Source: a virus | Reading direction: 5' to 3' (one strand) | Virus record (IMG/VR): IMGVR_UViG_3300030060_007958 | Span: 15,607 to 79,606 of that record | DNA length: 64,000 nucleotides | Part shown: positions 60,536 through 64,000 of the stretch, one piece after another | Layout: the number at the start of each line of letters is the position of its first letter | Position numbering within the stretch: the first letter of the stretch is position 1 | The notes under the pieces: generated by a model | Database searches by the model: none | The model's input: the letters and a program-made list of their open reading frames with translations, nothing else | Told to the model about the DNA's origin: nothing | Made by a program: the position numbers and the translations under genes

Positions 60536-62479
60536 ATGAGTAAAAAATCAAAATCAAGTAAGTTTTTAGAAATTGCAGAAGAGCACAAGAAGAGAAGCAA
60601 GAGAGAAAAGTTCTCTGGAACTTTATCTGACTATCTGTCCTTATTGGAATCTGACAAAAAAATATCTGTCTTGGCTCACAAGAGGCTTTACAATACAATC
60701 ATTGGAGAAGGTATCACAAGAATGTCAGAAGAGGATTCTAGGTGCAACAACTTATTCAATGGAGAATCATTAAAGACATATGACTATTTCCAAAGTAAGT
60801 TTTTTGGCATGGAAAGGCCTTTGGCAAAAATTATGAGATATCTGCATTCTGCATCCATGAAGGGTGAAGAAAGTCGACAGGTTCTTTTATTACTTGGCCC
60901 TGTGGGTGCCGGTAAATCAGCCTTAGTAGAACATATTAAGCGCGCATTGGAAGAAAGCGGCCCTCTTTACGCTTTAGACGGATGTCCGATTAATGAAGAA
61001 CCACTACATTTGATTCCTAGAAGCTTGCGCGATAAATTCCAAGATCTATATGGAATCAAAATCGAAGGAGATCTTTGTCCTGTTTGTCGACATAGGCTAT
61101 TGGAAGAACACGGCGGAGATTATATGAATTTCCCAGTTAAGGAAACAACCTTCTCTATTCGTGGCCGCAGGGGTGTTGGGGTTGTCCCACCGATGGATGC
61201 CAACACTCAAGACACAAGCATCCTAGTGGGGTCAGAAGACATTTCAAAATTAGACCTCTATCCGGAAGACGACCCACGCGCCTTAAGCCTAAATGGGGCG
61301 TTCAACGTAGGAAATCGTGGAATTGTTGAATTTGTTGAGGTTTTCAAAAACGAGATTGAATTCTTACACACAATGATTACTGCAACACAAGAAAAAGCAG
61401 TTCCATCTCCCGGCAAAGGTGCGATGATTTACTTCGATGGTGTTATTTTAGCGCACTGTAACGAAGCAGAGTGGATTAAATTCAAATCAGAAAATACAAA
61501 CGAAGCTATTCTTGACAGAATTGTGAGAGTAAATGTTCCTTATTGTTTGGAAGTCGACGAAGAACAGAAAATTTATCAAAAATTATTAGATGAATCTGAC
61601 TTTGACGCACATATTGCTCCGCACACGCTGGAGATCGCAGCGATGTTCTCTGTTCTGAGTCGCTTGAAACCATCTAATAAAGTAGATCCTCTTACCAAAA
61701 TGAAGATTTATAATGGCCAAGAAGTCGTTGAAAAGGGATATATTAAAAAAATAGATATTGAAGATCTAAGAGAAGAGGTTAGAGATGAAGGAATGACTGG
61801 TATTTCAACCAGATTTATTATGAAATCAATCGACGCTGCTGTTGCAGATTCGGATACTAACATGGTGACACCAATCTCTATCAGAGACGCGCTCGTTAAG
61901 CAGGTCAAAGAACAGGTAGTTGTTGAAGATTTGAGAGAAAAATATTTATCTTTCCTTCAAAAAGAACTTCATGACGAATATTTGAAGATTTTGGAAACAG
62001 AAATTACAAAAGCTTTTGTTTCTGCCTATCAAGAGCAGGCAGAGTCTTTGTTTGATAATTATTTAGATCACGCAGAAGCTTATGTCAATGGTGTTAAGGT
62101 AAAAGATAAGGTAACAAATGAAGAAATGCTCGCTGATGAGGATTTTCTTCAATCTATCGAAGAGCAAATCGGAATCATCGGATCAGCCAGAGAGAATTTC
62201 AGAGCTGATATTACTGCTTATATGTTCGCTAAATTAAGAAAAGGCGAGAAGATTGATTGGACCTCTTATGGACCCCTCAAGGAAGCTATCGAAAATAAAT
62301 TACTTGATTCCGTTAGAGACATTTCAAGAATTGTCACAAAATCTAAGTCAAGAGATAAAAAGCAGCAAGGTAAATATAACGAAATGGTTAAAACTCTAAT
62401 TGATGAATATAATTATTCTGAAGCCTCTGCCAACGAAGTTATTAAATACGCTTCAAATAATTTGTGGCGAGATAGCTAA
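60536..62479 (+). CDS. prkA: PrkA/YeaG family AAA+ protein (annotated serine kinase)
   Basis: Walker A LLGPVGAGKS, CPINEEPLHLIP, IEGDLCPVC, GAFNVGNRGIVEFVEVFK, AHCNEAEW, EAILDRI, HIAPHTL, EGMTGISTRF. Confidence 0.95.
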   Translation: MSKKSKSSKFLEIAEEHKKRSKREKFSGTLSDYLSLLESDKKISVLAHKRLYNTIIGEGITRMSEEDSRCNNLFNGESLKTYDYFQSKFFGMERPLAKIMRYLHSASMKGEESRQVLLLLGPVGAGKSALVEHIKRALEESGPLYALDGCPINEEPLHLIPRSLRDKFQDLYGIKIEGDLCPVCRHRLLEEHGGDYMNFPVKETTFSIRGRRGVGVVPPMDANTQDTSILVGSEDISKLDLYPEDDPRALSLNGAFNVGNRGIVEFVEVFKNEIEFLHTMITATQEKAVPSPGKGAMIYFDGVILAHCNEAEWIKFKSENTNEAILDRIVRVNVPYCLEVDEEQKIYQKLLDESDFDAHIAPHTLEIAAMFSVLSRLKPSNKVDPLTKMKIYNGQEVVEKGYIKKIDIEDLREEVRDEGMTGISTRFIMKSIDAAVADSDTNMVTPISIRDALVKQVKEQVVVEDLREKYLSFLQKELHDEYLKILETEITKAFVSAYQEQAESLFDNYLDHAEAYVNGVKVKDKVTNEEMLADEDFLQSIEEQIGIIGSARENFRADITAYMFAKLRKGEKIDWTSYGPLKEAIENKLLDSVRDISRIVTKSKSRDKKQQGKYNEMVKTLIDEYNYSEASANEVIKYASNNLWRDS

Positions 62480-62511
62480 CACTTAAAAAATAAAAAATCA
62501 ATTTTTTAAAC

Positions 62512-62549
62512 AAGGCCTTGTAAGAAATCTTACAAGGCTTATTTTTTTT
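62512..62549 (+). terminator. Rho-independent terminator after prkA
   Basis: GCCTTGTAAGA-aa-TCTTACAAGGC inverted repeat followed by TTATTTTTTTT. Confidence 0.85.
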
Positions 62550-62777
62550 GTCAAATTGATAATCTTTTTTTGCTTTTGGGTAAGGCGCGATATATCTAGG
62601 GCGAACAAGTCTACCCGTAGACTCTGTTCATGTTTTTTTGAAAATTTCGGTTTTCTTAAAAGGGGTTTTTTAATGGTTTTTTTACCTAACGGTAGGCAAT
62701 TAAAATTAAGTTTAGAAAACCCTAAAAAAATAATATTTTCTATTATTTCAAATAATAATTTTAAAGGAGAAATTAAT

Positions 62778-62822
62778 ATGAAATTAAATAACAATAATAG
62801 GGAGGGCTTGAAATGTCAGTAA
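62778..62822 (+). CDS. Possible 14-aa leader peptide MKLNNNNREGLKCQ
   Basis: Strong SD aaggag 8 nt upstream; overlaps the SD and ATG of the next gene. Confidence 0.3.
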   Translation: MKLNNNNREGLKCQ

Positions 62823-64000
62823 CTTTTCAAGAACATAGATTAGGCACCTTGACTAGTCTAGGGGCACAAGTCACCCTTCCTGCAACCTATACAATCAATA
62901 TTTGGGTCAAGAACGTAACGCTTCCCGGTCAAGAATGGTCCAACCTTTACTTGCAGAGCAGTGGCTATAAGTACATCTTGGACGCTAATTATGGAGCAAT
63001 CGGAGCAGGAACGGGTCCGACTCGTCTTGCTGTGAGCGCAGCTGATCCATTACTTGTGGCAGACACCTTCCATTTAGTTAGTTGTGTGTTCGATGGCACA
63101 ACGATTGAATACTATGTAAATGGTGTATCTATCGGCTCGACAACTCCAGCCGCAGCCGCACCAACAGTCATCGATGTCCTCAATGGACCCGGTGGTCAAG
63201 AATTCGCAGCAGAAGTGAAAGACATGAGAGTATACTCTGGTGTAGCAACTGCTGGCGAGATCTTAACCTCTTATAATAACGGCGATGGTATTTTGGCCCC
63301 TGCGCCAGAAACAATCGATGTTACTATCGAGATGTTTGACTCATGGGGTGACGGATGGAATGGAGGTAGTATTTCAATCGCGGATTCCAACGGCGTAGCA
63401 GTATACTCATCCACCGGCCCAGCAAATGGCGTAAAAGCACCAGCTGGATTATCCGAGACTGGATCTTTTGTGGCGGGAACATATACTTATACTATGACTC
63501 CGGGCGGTTATCCGGCTGAAATCAGTGCCACCATCACTGATGAGTATGGCACAGTATTGGCCAATTTAGTGGGTGGTTCGGGAACTGGGACATTTGATCT
63601 ATCAGCTCCTTCTCCAGTCATTACACCGACACTGACTACGAGCGTGGGAGACATCACCATCGCGGCTACTCTTAATGCAGAAGCTACTGCAGCTGGAGCA
63701 GCGAACTGGGCATATTCTTTATCTGCTCTGGGAGCCGAAGGCGCACCACACGGCGGTACGTTGGTCGCTCTGGGTGCAGACGCAACAGTGACACCGGGCA
63801 CTTACGCCCTTCACACTGTATATGTGGCAGCTGTTGATGCCTCTGGCAATGTCATTGTTTCTAATTCCGACACTATCGATAATACTCCGAGTGTATCGAT
63901 AACAATTGTAAAAGCTGACTCCTATAACGATTCATGGGACGGCTCCTCTTTGGTGATAACTCATGACGGAACAGGCAATGAGATGTACAATGCCACTCTT
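62813..64000 (+). CDS. Partial large surface/virion protein: LamG-like domain plus DSWGDGWNG-type domains; runs off the window and is absent from the ORF track
   Basis: Open frame from the ATG at 62813 (SD ggaggg) to the window end: TINIWVK...FHLVSCVFDGTTIEYYVNG...KDMRVYS...EI; DSWGDGWNG at 63338 and DSYNDSWDG at 63917. Confidence 0.8.
   Translation, partial: MSVTFQEHRLGTLTSLGAQVTLPATYTINIWVKNVTLPGQEWSNLYLQSSGYKYILDANYGAIGAGTGPTRLAVSAADPLLVADTFHLVSCVFDGTTIEYYVNGVSIGSTTPAAAAPTVIDVLNGPGGQEFAAEVKDMRVYSGVATAGEILTSYNNGDGILAPAPETIDVTIEMFDSWGDGWNGGSISIADSNGVAVYSSTGPANGVKAPAGLSETGSFVAGTYTYTMTPGGYPAEISATITDEYGTVLANLVGGSGTGTFDLSAPSPVITPTLTTSVGDITIAATLNAEATAAGAANWAYSLSALGAEGAPHGGTLVALGADATVTPGTYALHTVYVAAVDASGNVIVSNSDTIDNTPSVSITIVKADSYNDSWDGSSLVITHDGTGNEMYNATL

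Noticed and set aside
62498-62822. ORFs 62556..62822 (+) and 62498..62794 (-)
   Set aside because: Low-complexity Phe/Lys translations across a terminator and hairpins; only the SD-led last 14 codons are retained as a possible leader
2787-63801. Numerous minus-strand and nested short ORFs in the track (e.g. 7818..8222, 52178..52753, 52784..53218, 63508..63801)
   Set aside because: They are antisense or off-frame shadows of well-supported + strand genes, with no motifs or SDs
1-64000. CRISPR array, tRNA, rRNA, IS elements, integrase
   Set aside because: No regularly spaced repeats, cloverleaf or transposase/integrase motifs seen; intergenic gaps are mostly too short
1-64000. Stop-codon reassignment as in some jumbo phages
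   Set aside because: Coding density is high in code 11, and TAA, TAG and TGA all end conserved genes at the expected positions

Overview
A 64 kb AT-rich segment of a large T4-like myovirus (jumbo-phage type) genome. It uses the standard genetic code and essentially every gene is on the + strand. Gene order: (1) 1-6398, a sugar-modification cluster (several glycosyltransferases, PIG-L deacetylase, WbqC, fcl, gmd). (2) 6412-7935, a sigma70-promoter-driven operon ending in a gp55-like late sigma factor. (3) 7936-37187, baseplate and tail-distal module (M23 peptidase, spike, gp25, gp6, LamG proteins, a 3041-aa gp7-like protein, paralogous fibre-anchor-like proteins). (4) 37187-43673, RuvC-like resolvase, primase, a fused SbcD-SbcC nuclease and a holin/spanin-like trio. 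(5) 43670-58031, head module (TerL, portal, prohead protease, ribosomal protein bS21, scaffold, major capsid, neck). (6) 58028-62479, a complete YhbH/YeaH-SpoVR/YcgB-PrkA/YeaG triad overlapping the last neck gene. (7) A structured intergenic region and a truncated LamG surface protein. The strongest candidates for new biology are the late-operon PrkA-YeaH-SpoVR module, a possible virion glycosylation system (sugar genes plus a recurrent [ST]-[GAS]-[ST] motif in virion proteins), an ACTAWTTAW late-promoter regulon with leaderless genes, capsid-targeting-like N-terminal leaders, and apparent CCWGG avoidance with GTCGAC enrichment. All family assignments come from motif recognition by eye; no database searches were run.
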